From NCBI GenBank assembly GCA_943787745.1, contig CALSNJ010000005.1, forward strand, positions 108,455-172,454: a DNA stretch of 64,000 nucleotides. The letters are read 5' to 3'. The number at the start of each line of letters is the position of its first letter. Positions within the stretch are counted from its first letter, which is position 1. The position numbers and the translations under genes are program-made. The stretch is from an uncultured Alphaproteobacteria bacterium. GTDB lineage: Bacteria > Pseudomonadota > Alphaproteobacteria > UBA6615. The notes beneath the pieces were generated by a model. It was not told the origin of the DNA, made no database searches, and saw only the letters and a program-made list of their open reading frames with translations. Shown piece by piece: positions 38,460 through 47,668 of the stretch.

Positions 38460-39328
38460 TTTCCAGCCTCAACACGTTCAGCGATATATGTCGGGAGCGC
38501 GAAGGCGCCGCGGTGCAGGCTGGGATTGTAGTATTTTGTTGAGAGATTGGTAGCTGTGAAGCGTTCACGAAGTACATCTTCGGATATCCGGCGCAGGGAC
38601 GTGTCATCCGTCCCCCAGCCAAACCCCATGAAACCGCCGGCATAGGTGGGGACGGCAGCAATGTAGCCATGGGCGTCAGCAAAATGCTCGCCAAGCCGGC
38701 TGACCGTGGTTGTCAGCTCTTCGCCCTGGATCATGACAACGCCGCTTTGGGTGGTCATGACCCCACCCTGATTGAGCCGTGCCTTGCAGTCGCTGTAGAA
38801 AGCAGAGGTAAACAAAACCTCGCCGGGTCCCATGGGGTCGGTCGAATCCACGATGATCACGTCGAAGCTGCGATCGGTTTCGGCGACGAAGCGCGCGCCA
38901 TCCGCGATGACGAGGTCTGCGCGAGGGTCCTCGAACGCGCCGTCAGAAATGCTCGGCAGCCACTGCTTGCTGAGTTCGACAACAGAATCGTCGATCTCCA
39001 CCATTGTGACCCGGTCGACCGGATGGCGCAGTGCTTCGCGTAACATCCCGCCATCACCACCGCCGATGATGCAAACTTCGCGTGCCTTGCCATGAGCGAG
39101 CATTGGCACATGGGTCAGCATCTCGTGATAGATGAACTCGTCCCGTTCGCAGACTTGCATGATCCCGTCGAGCGCCATCACGCGGCCCCACTGGGCGGTT
39201 TGATAGATTACGAGATCCTGATGCTCGGTCTGTTCGCGGAACAGGATAGAGTCGACTTCCAGCCCAAGCTGCAAACCAACGCCGAGGGCCTCGTCAAAAA
39301 AGGCCCAGTCAGCGGGCTTGTCACTCAA
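38456..39328 (-). CDS. speE: Polyamine aminopropyltransferase (spermidine synthase)
   Basis: LDG.MQ..E.DEFIYHEML.H, IIGGGDGG, VEID, DVIIVDSTDP; TTG start overlaps the speD stop (TTGA). Confidence 0.93.
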   Translation of the reverse strand: MSDKPADWAFFDEALGVGLQLGLEVDSILFREQTEHQDLVIYQTAQWGRVMALDGIMQVCERDEFIYHEMLTHVPMLAHGKAREVCIIGGGDGGMLREALRHPVDRVTMVEIDDSVVELSKQWLPSISDGAFEDPRADLVIADGARFVAETDRSFDVIIVDSTDPMGPGEVLFTSAFYSDCKARLNQGGVMTTQSGVVMIQGEELTTTVSRLGEHFADAHGYIAAVPTYAGGFMGFGWGTDDTSLRRISEDVLRERFTATNLSTKYYNPSLHRGAFALPTYIAERVEAGK

Positions 39329-39738
39329 GCGACGACGCCCCGGCGTGTTTCGTTGAGAGTCACACTGCCTGCGCTGAAAGCGGCCTTCAGGATCGGCAGA
39401 GCGTTGTGTGGATTGCACGATCCGCACATGAAGACATCCAGTGCGGCATAGTCGCGTTCCGGCCAAGTGTGAATCGAAATATGGCTTTCCGAGAGGATCG
39501 CCACACCGGACACACCGCCTGAATCCGAAAACTGGTGCAGGTGCACACTCAGCACGGTTGCACCCGCGGCATCCGCTGCCCGGCGCAAAGTGTCTTCGAT
39601 GTAATCGATGTCTGTAAGTTGCCCGGCGTCCCAGAGATCGACAAGCAGATGGCGGCCAGCAAAGGACACGCCGTTTTCATGAATGAAATAATCGGTAAGG
39701 GCGGTGTTATCTACGACCGCAGAAGCATTGTTTGCCAT
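39325..39738 (-). CDS. speD: S-adenosylmethionine decarboxylase proenzyme
   Basis: AG.HLLVDLW, GGVSGV..LSESHISIHTWPE self-cleavage motif, DVFMCG; co-operonic with speE. Confidence 0.93.
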   Translation of the reverse strand: MANNASAVVDNTALTDYFIHENGVSFAGRHLLVDLWDAGQLTDIDYIEDTLRRAADAAGATVLSVHLHQFSDSGGVSGVAILSESHISIHTWPERDYAALDVFMCGSCNPHNALPILKAAFSAGSVTLNETRRGVVA

Positions 39739-39843
39739 CCCATGGGAACTCCTGAAGGCAGTGATCGGGTCAGCGCTTTTTAAGGATTTTTTGCGGTGGC
39801 GCAACAACCAAATGCACATGTGTCGCAATGGCTCCCGCGATTC

Positions 39844-39951
39844 TGCAGGGGCGGGTTTCAAACCCGTCTGGTTTGGTCGAATGGCGGGCGATCGTATTGG
39901 ACTACACCCGGTCTGGTGCGCACACGGGCAGGTTTGAAACCTGCCCCTACA
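39844..39951. repeat. GTAG-type REP dimer (family B) in speD upstream region
   Basis: TGCAGGGGCGGGTTTCAAACCCGTC...CGGGCAGGTTTGAAACCTGCCCCTACA. Confidence 0.88.
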
Positions 39952-39970
39952 TGGGGTCGTTCGAATCACC

Positions 39971-40051
39971 GGGGAGGGGGTGGGGCGGTAACCGGAACCA
40001 TTCCAGTCACCGCCCCTGAGGGGAGGCTTGCTTCCTGGGTAAGGGAGCAAT
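39971..40051 (-). ncRNA. Candidate structured sRNA or 5' leader with two hairpins and C-rich anti-SD-like tracts
   Basis: 16-bp stem 39982-40016 whose two irregular pairs are G-U only on the minus strand; CCUCCCCUC and CCCCCUCCCC tracts; predicted promoter directly upstream. Confidence 0.4.
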
Positions 40052-40057
40052 GAATTC

Positions 40058-40100
40058 TTTCTACGCGGGAATAGCGGGCGCCGATGTGACGTCTGTCACA
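40058..40100 (-). promoter_or_regulatory. CRP-type box TGTGA-N6-TCACA (40085-40100) with -10-like TAGAAA (40063-40058)
   Basis: Perfect CRP core palindrome centred 41.5 bp upstream of a predicted A start at 40051 (class II geometry). Confidence 0.55.
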
Positions 40101-40115
40101 GGGGAGACGCTTTTT

Positions 40116-41895
40116 TTAGAAAGCGTCTTCGGCCAATGCCATCACAGAATCCCCACCACGGGTGATTGTCTCGAGATGCATGTTGGCGCGGGGCAGGATG
40201 TGGTCGGCATAGAACCGCGCCGTGATGCGTTTGGAATTGAGAAATTCCGGGCTTGGCGCGCCTTTGGCGCCGCTGGTTGCGGCAATCGCGGCACGTGTCA
40301 TCAGCCAGCCACCCACGACGGTGCCGGCCAGATGCAGAAAGGCGTTGGCGCCAGCGAACTTGCGGTTCACGTCGTTATTGGCCGGGTCGAGCATCCATTC
40401 GGTCGCGCGCCGCAGGGTGTTGTTGGCGTTCATTTGTGCCGCGACGATCTCACCGATTTCCGGATCAACCGAATCCGGAAGATCGTCGAGTTCTTCGAGC
40501 AATTCTTCCATGGCCGCGCCACCGTCGCGCATCAACTTGCGCCCAAGCAGGTCGATCGCCTGAATCCCGTTGGTGCCTTCATAGATGGGGGCAATGCGTG
40601 CGTCCCGGTAGTACTGGGCGGCGCCGGTTTCCTCGACGAAGCCCATGCCGCCATGCATCTGCACGCCGGTTGACGCGATATCGACACCCAGATCGGTGCA
40701 CCACGCCTTCACGATGGGTGTCAGCAAATCCGTACGGCGCGAATTGTAGCCGCGTGTGTTGTCGTCATCGTGATGCCGTGATCTGTCGAGCGCCGAGTTG
40801 GTGTAGTAGGCCAGCGCCCGCATGGCCTCGGTCTGGGCCCGCATGGACATAAGCATCCGGCGCACATCCGGATGCTTGATGATCGTGACGGATTCACCGC
40901 CACCCTCGACCGGGGCCGACTGTACCCGCTCACGGGCATAGGCGACGGCATGCTGGTAGGCGCGTTCGGCCACGGCCACACCCTGCAGGCCGACATTCAG
41001 GCGGGCGTTGTTCATCATGGTGAACATGCAGCGCAGGCCGTCATGCTCCTCGCCGATCAGATAACCGACGGCACCATCGCCATTCTCGCCATAGGACATG
41101 ACGCAGGTCGGGCTCGCATGGATGCCCAGCTTGATGTTCAAGGCCGATGGCGTAGGCGTCGTTGCGCTCGCCAAGAGAACCGTCGTCATTGACCAGGAAT
41201 TTTGGGACGAGGAACAGGCTGATGCCTTTCACCCCGGGAGGCGCATCGGGCAGGCGGGCGAGCACCAGATGGATGATGTTGTCGGTGAAATCCTGCTCGC
41301 CGAAGGTGATGAATATCTTTGTGCCCTTGATGCGATACTGGTCACCTTCGCGCTCGGCGCGGGACTTCAGCAGGCTGAGATCGGTCCCGGCCTGAGGCTC
41401 GGTCAGGTTCATGGTCCCAGTCCACTCACCGGAGACCAGCTTGGCGAGGAACTTGTCTTTTAGTGCGTCCGTGCCGTGGGCGATCACGGATTCGATCGCA
41501 CCGATGGTGAGCAGCGGGCAAAGCGACCAGGAGAGATTGGCCGATTGCCACATTTCCTGCAGTGACGTGGTGATCGTCCAGGGCAGCCCCATGCCGCCGT
41601 GCTCAGGTTCGAACGGCGTGCCGTTCCAGCCGCCCTCGACAAAGCTCGCATAGGCTTCCTTGAACCCGTCGGGCGTTGTCACCACGCCGTCCTTCAAGGT
41701 GGACCCTTGCTGATCCCCGGTCTGGTTCAGCGGCCCCACCACATCACGGGTGAAACGCGCAGATTCGGTGAGAATAGCCTCGACCAGATCTTCGGTGGTT
41801 TCGCTGAAGACCGGCAGTTCCCGCAGACCGTCCATGTCGCAGAGATTCTCCAGAATGAACTGCATGTCCTGCACAGGGGCGTTGTAGTCCGACAT
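40116..41895 (-). CDS. Acyl-CoA dehydrogenase (long, DmdC-like family), split by a 1-bp insertion near 41134
   Basis: GTMNLTEPQAG.D, GVKGISLFLVPK in ORF 41041-41895; KLGIHASPT, MF.MMNNARL, GVQ.HGGMG, IYEGTNGIQA in ORF 40116-41189; removing one base restores EHKLGI. Confidence 0.88.
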
Positions 41896-41925
41896 TTAAC
41901 TCTCCTAATCCGGGATCAGTGATTC

Positions 41926-43359
41926 CTAAAGAACCTTGCCCGGGTTCATCAATCCCTTGGGGTCGAGCATTGCTTTGATGCCTCGCATCATGTCGATTTC
42001 GACCCCGGCCTTGTGGGCGGCCAGTTCTGCGACCTTGATTTTTCCGATCCCATGTTCAGCCGAGAAACTGCCGCGCATGCTGTCCACGACGTCATGGACG
42101 ATGTGGCAGATCTCGTCCCAGCGGGCGAGGAATTCGGCACCGTCTGCACCATTGGGCTGGGTCAGATTGTAGTGCACATTGCCGTCGCCGACATGGCCGA
42201 ACGCGACCGGGCGGATCCCCGGACAGGCCTGGGTGACGGCGGCATTCGCCTGCCGGATGAATTCGGGCACGGAAGAGATCGGCACCGAGACATCGTTCTT
42301 GATGCTCGCACCTTCGGGCTTCTGGGCCAGCACCATGGCTTCGCGAAGGAACCACATCTGTTGTCGTTGAGTTTCCGATTGAGCAATGACCGCGTCGACG
42401 ATCAGGCCGTCCTCGAATGCCGTGCCCAGAAACGTTTCCATGACATCACCAAGATTGGAATTGGCATCGCTGCTTTCAAACTCGATCAGCGCGCACCAGT
42501 CATGGGGGTCGTCGAGGAAATCGATGGCGCCGTCGATGTGACGCACGGAAATCTCGATCGCGATCCGCGGGATCAGCTCAAAACCAGACACCGTGTCTGC
42601 GCTTGCGGCGCGGGCGCGACCAAGAACCTCAAGCACGGAGTCGAGGTCCTTCAGCGCAATGAAAGCCGTATGACGTGAGCGCGGCTTGGGAAACATTTTG
42701 ATGACCGCACCGGTGATGATTCCGAGCGAGCCTTCGGCACCAATGAACAGGTGCTTGAGGTCATAGCCGGTGTTGTTCTTGCGCAGCCCTGTCAGCCCGT
42801 CCCAGATGCGACCATCGGGCAACACCACTTCCAGACCGAGGGTCAGCTCGCGGGTGTTGCCATAGCGCACCACGGCTGTACCGCCGGCGTTGGTCGAAAG
42901 ATTGCCGCCGATCTGGCAGGAGCCTTCAGCCCCCAGGCTGAGCGGGAACAACCGGTCGTGTTCATCGGCAACGTGCTGTAGGTCGGCCAGCACGCAACCC
43001 GCATCCACAGTCATCGTGAAATTCGCCGGGTCGACGGCGCGAACAGTGTTCATGCGTGACAGGCTGACAATGATTTCGCCGCTGGCGACAGCACCGCCGC
43101 AAAGCCCGGTATTGCCGCCCTGGGGCACAATCGCGACGTCGGCGTCGTAACAGGCTGCAAGCACCTGTGAGACCTCTTCGGTGGAGGCGGGTCGGATCAC
43201 GCACGGCGTAATGCCGCGAAACAGCCCGCGCTGCTCGTCGATATAGGGTTCCATGTCGGCGGGGTCGGTGATCATCCCGACCGCACCAACAATCGCTTCC
43301 AGCTGGCTCAGAAAACCATCGGGCAGGGGTGCTGATTCTGTTTGGATAGTTTGGCTCAT
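41926..43359 (-). CDS. FAD-linked oxidase, D-2-hydroxyacid/D-2-hydroxyglutarate dehydrogenase-like
   Basis: PQGGNTGLCGG, IGGNLSTNAGG, LRKNNTGYDLK.LFIGAEG.LGIIT, FGHVGDGNVHYN, SAEHGIG. Confidence 0.9.
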   Translation of the reverse strand: MSQTIQTESAPLPDGFLSQLEAIVGAVGMITDPADMEPYIDEQRGLFRGITPCVIRPASTEEVSQVLAACYDADVAIVPQGGNTGLCGGAVASGEIIVSLSRMNTVRAVDPANFTMTVDAGCVLADLQHVADEHDRLFPLSLGAEGSCQIGGNLSTNAGGTAVVRYGNTRELTLGLEVVLPDGRIWDGLTGLRKNNTGYDLKHLFIGAEGSLGIITGAVIKMFPKPRSRHTAFIALKDLDSVLEVLGRARAASADTVSGFELIPRIAIEISVRHIDGAIDFLDDPHDWCALIEFESSDANSNLGDVMETFLGTAFEDGLIVDAVIAQSETQRQQMWFLREAMVLAQKPEGASIKNDVSVPISSVPEFIRQANAAVTQACPGIRPVAFGHVGDGNVHYNLTQPNGADGAEFLARWDEICHIVHDVVDSMRGSFSAEHGIGKIKVAELAAHKAGVEIDMMRGIKAMLDPKGLMNPGKVL

Positions 43360-43414
43360 GGACAAAGATTTAGACCGGGATCGGTCGTGCGGCAACCGCG
43401 TGGGACGCCGTGTC

Positions 43415-44380
43415 TCACCCGTTATGCGCTTCGGCGGCGCGGCGCAGGCGGTCGTTGATGGCGCGACCAAGTCCGGTTTCCGGGATGGGCATCACCGCAA
43501 TAGCCCGGTGTTCGGGGGAATCGAGGGCCCGCAAGGCTGCAAACAGGTTCGCTGCGGCCTCTGTCAGGTCACCCGACGGGCTGAGGTTTTGGACGCCTTC
43601 GGGGACACCCGAACCGAAGCCGAGAAGCACTTCACCGGCAACGGCGTCGCTGGCGTTCAGGCGAACCGGAATGGATGGCGCATAGTGACGGGCGATCTGT
43701 CCCGGCGAACGTGGGGCTTGGCCGTCGGCAGGACGGGTGGCGTCATCCACGACGCCAAGCACATCCTGCAATTGTTCCAGCGTCACCGCGCCATGGCGCA
43801 GCAGAGCCGGGCGGTCCCCGCAGAGATCAATCACGGTAGACTCAAGTCCGACTGCGCAGGCACCACCATCCAGAATGAGGTCGACATTGGTGCCAAGTGA
43901 TTGCGCCACATGGCTGGCCAATGTGGGGCTGACTTCACCCGCTGTGTTCGCGCTGGGGGCCGCAATCGGCCCGCCAAAGCGGGTCAGCAGGTTCCGGGCG
44001 AGCGGATGGGCCGGCGCGCGCAGGGCGACGGTGTCGAGCCCGGCGCTGACCAGCAGGGACAGCCCGCTGTCGGCGCGCCGCGGCACAACGAAACTCAGCG
44101 GGCCGGGCCAGAACGCGGCGGCCAGTTGCTGCGCGCGGGCATCCATCTCCCCGTATTGGGCGGCGCTGGGCAGGTCGAGGACATGCACGATAAGCGGATT
44201 GAAACTCGGCCTGTTTTTGGCTTCAAAAATGCGCGCCACAGCGCGGTCGTCACGCGCATCGGCCCCAAGTCCGTAGACGGTCTCGGTCGGGAAGGCGACC
44301 AGCCCGCCTGATTTCAGACGTGTTGCGGCGGCGGACAGGTTTTCGTCATTTGCAGGCAGTATGTTGGCGGCTTCCGTCAT
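43415..44380 (-). CDS. tsaC: L-threonylcarbamoyladenylate synthase (Sua5 type)
   Basis: VAFPTETVYGLGADA, KNRPSFNPLIVH, FWPGPL, APSAN, GLESTV, HYAP, AINDRL.RAA. Confidence 0.95.
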   Translation of the reverse strand: MTEAANILPANDENLSAAATRLKSGGLVAFPTETVYGLGADARDDRAVARIFEAKNRPSFNPLIVHVLDLPSAAQYGEMDARAQQLAAAFWPGPLSFVVPRRADSGLSLLVSAGLDTVALRAPAHPLARNLLTRFGGPIAAPSANTAGEVSPTLASHVAQSLGTNVDLILDGGACAVGLESTVIDLCGDRPALLRHGAVTLEQLQDVLGVVDDATRPADGQAPRSPGQIARHYAPSIPVRLNASDAVAGEVLLGFGSGVPEGVQNLSPSGDLTEAAANLFAALRALDSPEHRAIAVMPIPETGLGRAINDRLRRAAEAHNG

Positions 44381-44412
44381 GCGGCCTGTATGCCGTACCT
44401 CGCTTGGCGGGT

Positions 44413-45183
44413 CTACCGCCGCCCGAAGGCGACGAATCCCGGGTTCAGGAATTTTGGCTTCTTGCCGTAATTGAAGGTGCTGCCATCCATCATGGTCAGA
44501 CCGCCGCCTGCGGCCAGCACAATCGCGTGGCCGGCGCCGGTGTCCCATTCGCAGGTGGGACCAAAGCGGGGATAGATATCTGCCACGCCTTCGGCCAGGC
44601 GCCCGAATTTGAGGGCGCTGCCCTGGGGCATCCGGTTGCGGACGGTTTCGTCCTTCAGATAATCCTCAAGCTTCTCGTTGATCGAGTGGGACCGGCTGAC
44701 AAGCACATCCATGCCATCGGCCGGGATTTCGCGGCAGGCAATCGGACGTTCGGGTTTGTCGCCCTCGATCAGGGTGGCGCCACCGTTCAGGGTTCCCGCA
44801 TACATCAGGTTCAGGGCTGGGGCATAGAGCACACCAAAGATCGGCACGTTGTCTTCGACCAGTCCGATATTGACGGTGAACTCGTCGTTGCGCTTGAGGA
44901 ATTCCCGTGTGCCGTCGAGGGGGTCCACCAGCCAGAAACGGTTGCTGACTTCGACCGGGCTTTCGCCGGCGGAATGCTCTTCTTCGGAAACAACAGGGAT
45001 GTCGGGTGTGAGCGCACGCAGCCCGGGCAGGATGACGGCTTCAGCTGCCGTATCTGCCAGGGTGACGGGGGACCCGTCATCTTTACGTTCGCTGTCAAAG
45101 TCAGTGCGATAGACCGCCATGATGGCGTCCCCCGCTGCATAGGCGAGGTCTCGCACCGCTGGTATCAGGGCCGCGGTGTCGAT
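44413..45183 (-). CDS. cysQ: 3'(2'),5'-bisphosphate nucleotidase (start codon uncertain)
   Basis: K.DGSPVT.AD, VVSEE, FWLVDPLDGTREF, VSRSH, GSALKF, YPRFGPT.EWDT.AG. Confidence 0.9.
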   Translation of the reverse strand: MDTAALIPAVRDLAYAAGDAIMAVYRTDFDSERKDDGSPVTLADTAAEAVILPGLRALTPDIPVVSEEEHSAGESPVEVSNRFWLVDPLDGTREFLKRNDEFTVNIGLVEDNVPIFGVLYAPALNLMYAGTLNGGATLIEGDKPERPIACREIPADGMDVLVSRSHSINEKLEDYLKDETVRNRMPQGSALKFGRLAEGVADIYPRFGPTCEWDTGAGHAIVLAAGGGLTMMDGSTFNYGKKPKFLNPGFVAFGRR

Positions 45184-45214
45184 TGGGAGTCTCCCCGGTT
45201 GGGGCAGGTGGCGC

Positions 45215-47551
45215 CTATTCGGCGGCCAACTGCTGGTTGGCAAGCGCCCAGATCACATCCGGGGTCGCGGGCATGTCGACGTCGTGAATGGCACCACCGT
45301 CCGAAAGGGCGTCAACAATCGCGCTGATTGCCGCCGCCGGTGCGCCGATGGCACCGGCTTCACCGGTTCCCTTGATGCCGAGCGGGTTGGTCGTGCATTT
45401 CTCGTTTCGCATGGAGAAGTCGAAGTTCGGCACATCTGCGGCACGGGGCATGCGGTAGTCGATGAAGGAGCCGGAGACGAGCTGACCTGAGTCCTCGTCA
45501 TAGACCGTGTGCTCATGCAACGCCTGACCGACACCCTGCACAATGCCGCCATGGACCTGACCGGCGATCAGCATCGGGTTGATGGTGTCACCGAAATCAT
45601 CGACCACTGTGTAGCGCATGATCTCGGGGATGCCGGTCTGCGGGTCGATTTCCATTTCGCAGATATGGCAGCCATTCGGGAAAGTCGGCGCATCGGGCTG
45701 ATGGCTTTCTTTGGAGTCGAGACCGGGCTCCATGCCATCAGGCAAATTGGCCGGGTCCTGCGCCGCCTTGGCGACTTCGAACAGGGACAGGGACCGGTCG
45801 GTGCCCGCCACACGGAAGGTGCCATCCGAATATTCAATATCGGCTTCGGCGGTTTCCATCATATGGGCCGAAATCGCCTTGCCCTTTTCCTTGATCGCTT
45901 CCGACGCTTTGGAGACGGCAACGCCACCAACCGTGACCGAGCGTGACCCACCGGTCAGTCCCGGCGGCACGATATCGCTGTCGCCCTGGACCATGGTCAT
46001 CCGGTCTGTGTCGATGCCCAGCCGGTCGGACATGATCTGCTTGTAAGACGTATCGTGACCCTGACCGTTCGACATGGTGCCGATATAGAAGGTGATGGTC
46101 TCGGTCTCCGGATCGATGCGGACATCGGCGACTTCGGGATTGCCGCCGCCACATTTCTCGACATATGTCGCCATGCCGATGCCACGCAGCATGCCGCGTT
46201 TGGCGCTCTCGGTCTTGCGGGCGGCAAAACCGGCCCAGTCGGCCTTCTTCATGCCTTCTTCCATGATGGCGGTGAAGTTGCCGCTGTCATAGGTTTCGCC
46301 AAAGGCCGTCTTATAGGGCAACTGGTCGGGCTGGATGAAGTTGCGGCGGCGCAACTCGTCGGGCGCGAGGCCCAGTTCGCGCGCGCATTTGTCGACCAGC
46401 CGCTCGATGCAGTAGATCGCTTCGGGACGTCCGGCACCGCGATAGGCATCGGTTGGTACGGTGTTGGTCAGGATGCCCTTCACATTGGCCCAGACAGCCG
46501 GGAAGGCATACAGGCCGTTCAGCATCGCCGTGCCGGCTTCGGTCGGGATGAAGGTTCCGAAATGCGAGAGATACGCGCCCAGATTGGCGTAGGTGGTGAC
46601 GCGCAGGGCGAGGAACTTGCCGTTGTCGTCGCAGGCGACCTCTGCCTTGGTGACATGGTCCCGGCCCTGAATGTCGGACATGAAACCCTCGCTGCGATCC
46701 GAGGTCCAGCGCACCGGGCGTTTGACCTTCTTTGCCGCCCAGACGGCCATCGGCTGTTCGGGATGGGTGAAAATCTTCATGCCGAAGCCACCGCCCACAT
46801 CGCCGGTGACGACGCGCAGTTTCTCCTTGTCGATCTTCAGGATGTTGTCGGCAATCGTGTTGCGGATGCCGTGGGTGCCCTGAGACGAGGTGTAGAGGGT
46901 GAGCTTGTCGGTGGCTTCGTCGTAGTCGCCGATGGCCGCGCGGGGTTCCATCGAGTTCACGACGATCCGGTTGTTGATCAGCTCCAGCGTGGTGACGTGG
47001 CTGGCTTTGGCGAAGGCCGCCTCGGTCTCGTCCTGCTGACCCTTGCCCCAGTCGAAGCAGACGTTGTTGGTAACGTCGTCATACAGCTGCGCCGCGCCGT
47101 CCAGTGAAGCGGTATAGGTGTTCGTGGCCGAAGCCAGGACGTTGTAATCCACCTCGACCAGTTCGGCCGCGTCGCGGGCCTGCTCCAGGGTTTCGGCGAC
47201 AATGAAGGCCACCGGCTGGCCGACATGGCGGACCTTTTCCTGGGCCAGCAAAGGACGATAGGTTTCGCCGCGGTCCGTGCCATCGAGATTTTTGACCGGG
47301 AACATGCAGGGCATGGCACCGAGATCATCGGCTTTGACATCATCACCGGTCAGAACCAGCAACACGCCCGGTGCTGCTTTCGCGGCGACAATATCCATGC
47401 CCTTGATCTCGGCATGGGCATGGGGGGAGCGCAGCACAAAGGCGTGGCTCTCATTTTCGAGCTGCACATCATCTGTGTATTTGCCGCTGCCTGTGAGCAG
47501 GCGAAGATCTTCAATACGTGTGACGGACTGACCGATGCCGAACTGGCCCAT
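45215..47551 (-). CDS. Xanthine dehydrogenase family molybdopterin-binding large subunit (CoxL form II-like)
   Basis: R.ED.RLLTG.G.YTDD, VGGGFG.K, AYRGAGRPEA, GQGH.T, GQVHGGI.QG, KG.GEAG. Confidence 0.92.
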   Translation of the reverse strand: MGQFGIGQSVTRIEDLRLLTGSGKYTDDVQLENESHAFVLRSPHAHAEIKGMDIVAAKAAPGVLLVLTGDDVKADDLGAMPCMFPVKNLDGTDRGETYRPLLAQEKVRHVGQPVAFIVAETLEQARDAAELVEVDYNVLASATNTYTASLDGAAQLYDDVTNNVCFDWGKGQQDETEAAFAKASHVTTLELINNRIVVNSMEPRAAIGDYDEATDKLTLYTSSQGTHGIRNTIADNILKIDKEKLRVVTGDVGGGFGMKIFTHPEQPMAVWAAKKVKRPVRWTSDRSEGFMSDIQGRDHVTKAEVACDDNGKFLALRVTTYANLGAYLSHFGTFIPTEAGTAMLNGLYAFPAVWANVKGILTNTVPTDAYRGAGRPEAIYCIERLVDKCARELGLAPDELRRRNFIQPDQLPYKTAFGETYDSGNFTAIMEEGMKKADWAGFAARKTESAKRGMLRGIGMATYVEKCGGGNPEVADVRIDPETETITFYIGTMSNGQGHDTSYKQIMSDRLGIDTDRMTMVQGDSDIVPPGLTGGSRSVTVGGVAVSKASEAIKEKGKAISAHMMETAEADIEYSDGTFRVAGTDRSLSLFEVAKAAQDPANLPDGMEPGLDSKESHQPDAPTFPNGCHICEMEIDPQTGIPEIMRYTVVDDFGDTINPMLIAGQVHGGIVQGVGQALHEHTVYDEDSGQLVSGSFIDYRMPRAADVPNFDFSMRNEKCTTNPLGIKGTGEAGAIGAPAAAISAIVDALSDGGAIHDVDMPATPDVIWALANQQLAAE

Positions 47552-47668
47552 GGGACACCCTCTTCATGGCTTGAATGAAATGGAATTCTGTTAGGGAGAT
47601 GATATGCGACGCGGGTACTGCAAACCAAGCCCCCCGCGACGATTCATCTGGTATGGTTTTCCCCAGTG

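Noticed and set aside
39740..39840. SAM riboswitch directly upstream of speD
   Set aside because: Could not match the conserved elements of SAM-II, SAM-V or SAM-SAH by eye; an Rfam scan would be decisive.
39955..39975. tRNA-like GTTCGAATC T-loop motif (also GGTTCGAGAC near 9654)
   Set aside because: No cloverleaf, D-arm or acceptor stem can be built around it.
39739..40050. Long N-terminal extension of SpeD in the ORF track
   Set aside because: Runs through the GTAG REP (GLKPAP, GRFQTCP peptides) and the hairpins; AGGAG supports the start at 39738.
41041..41189. Programmed ribosomal frameshifting in the split genes
   Set aside because: No slippery heptamer or stimulatory structure; single-base insertion errors are the simpler explanation.
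45215..47551. Aerobic CO dehydrogenase (form I CoxL)
   Set aside because: Loop is AYRGAGR, not AYxCSFR, and there are no adjacent coxS/coxM or accessory genes.
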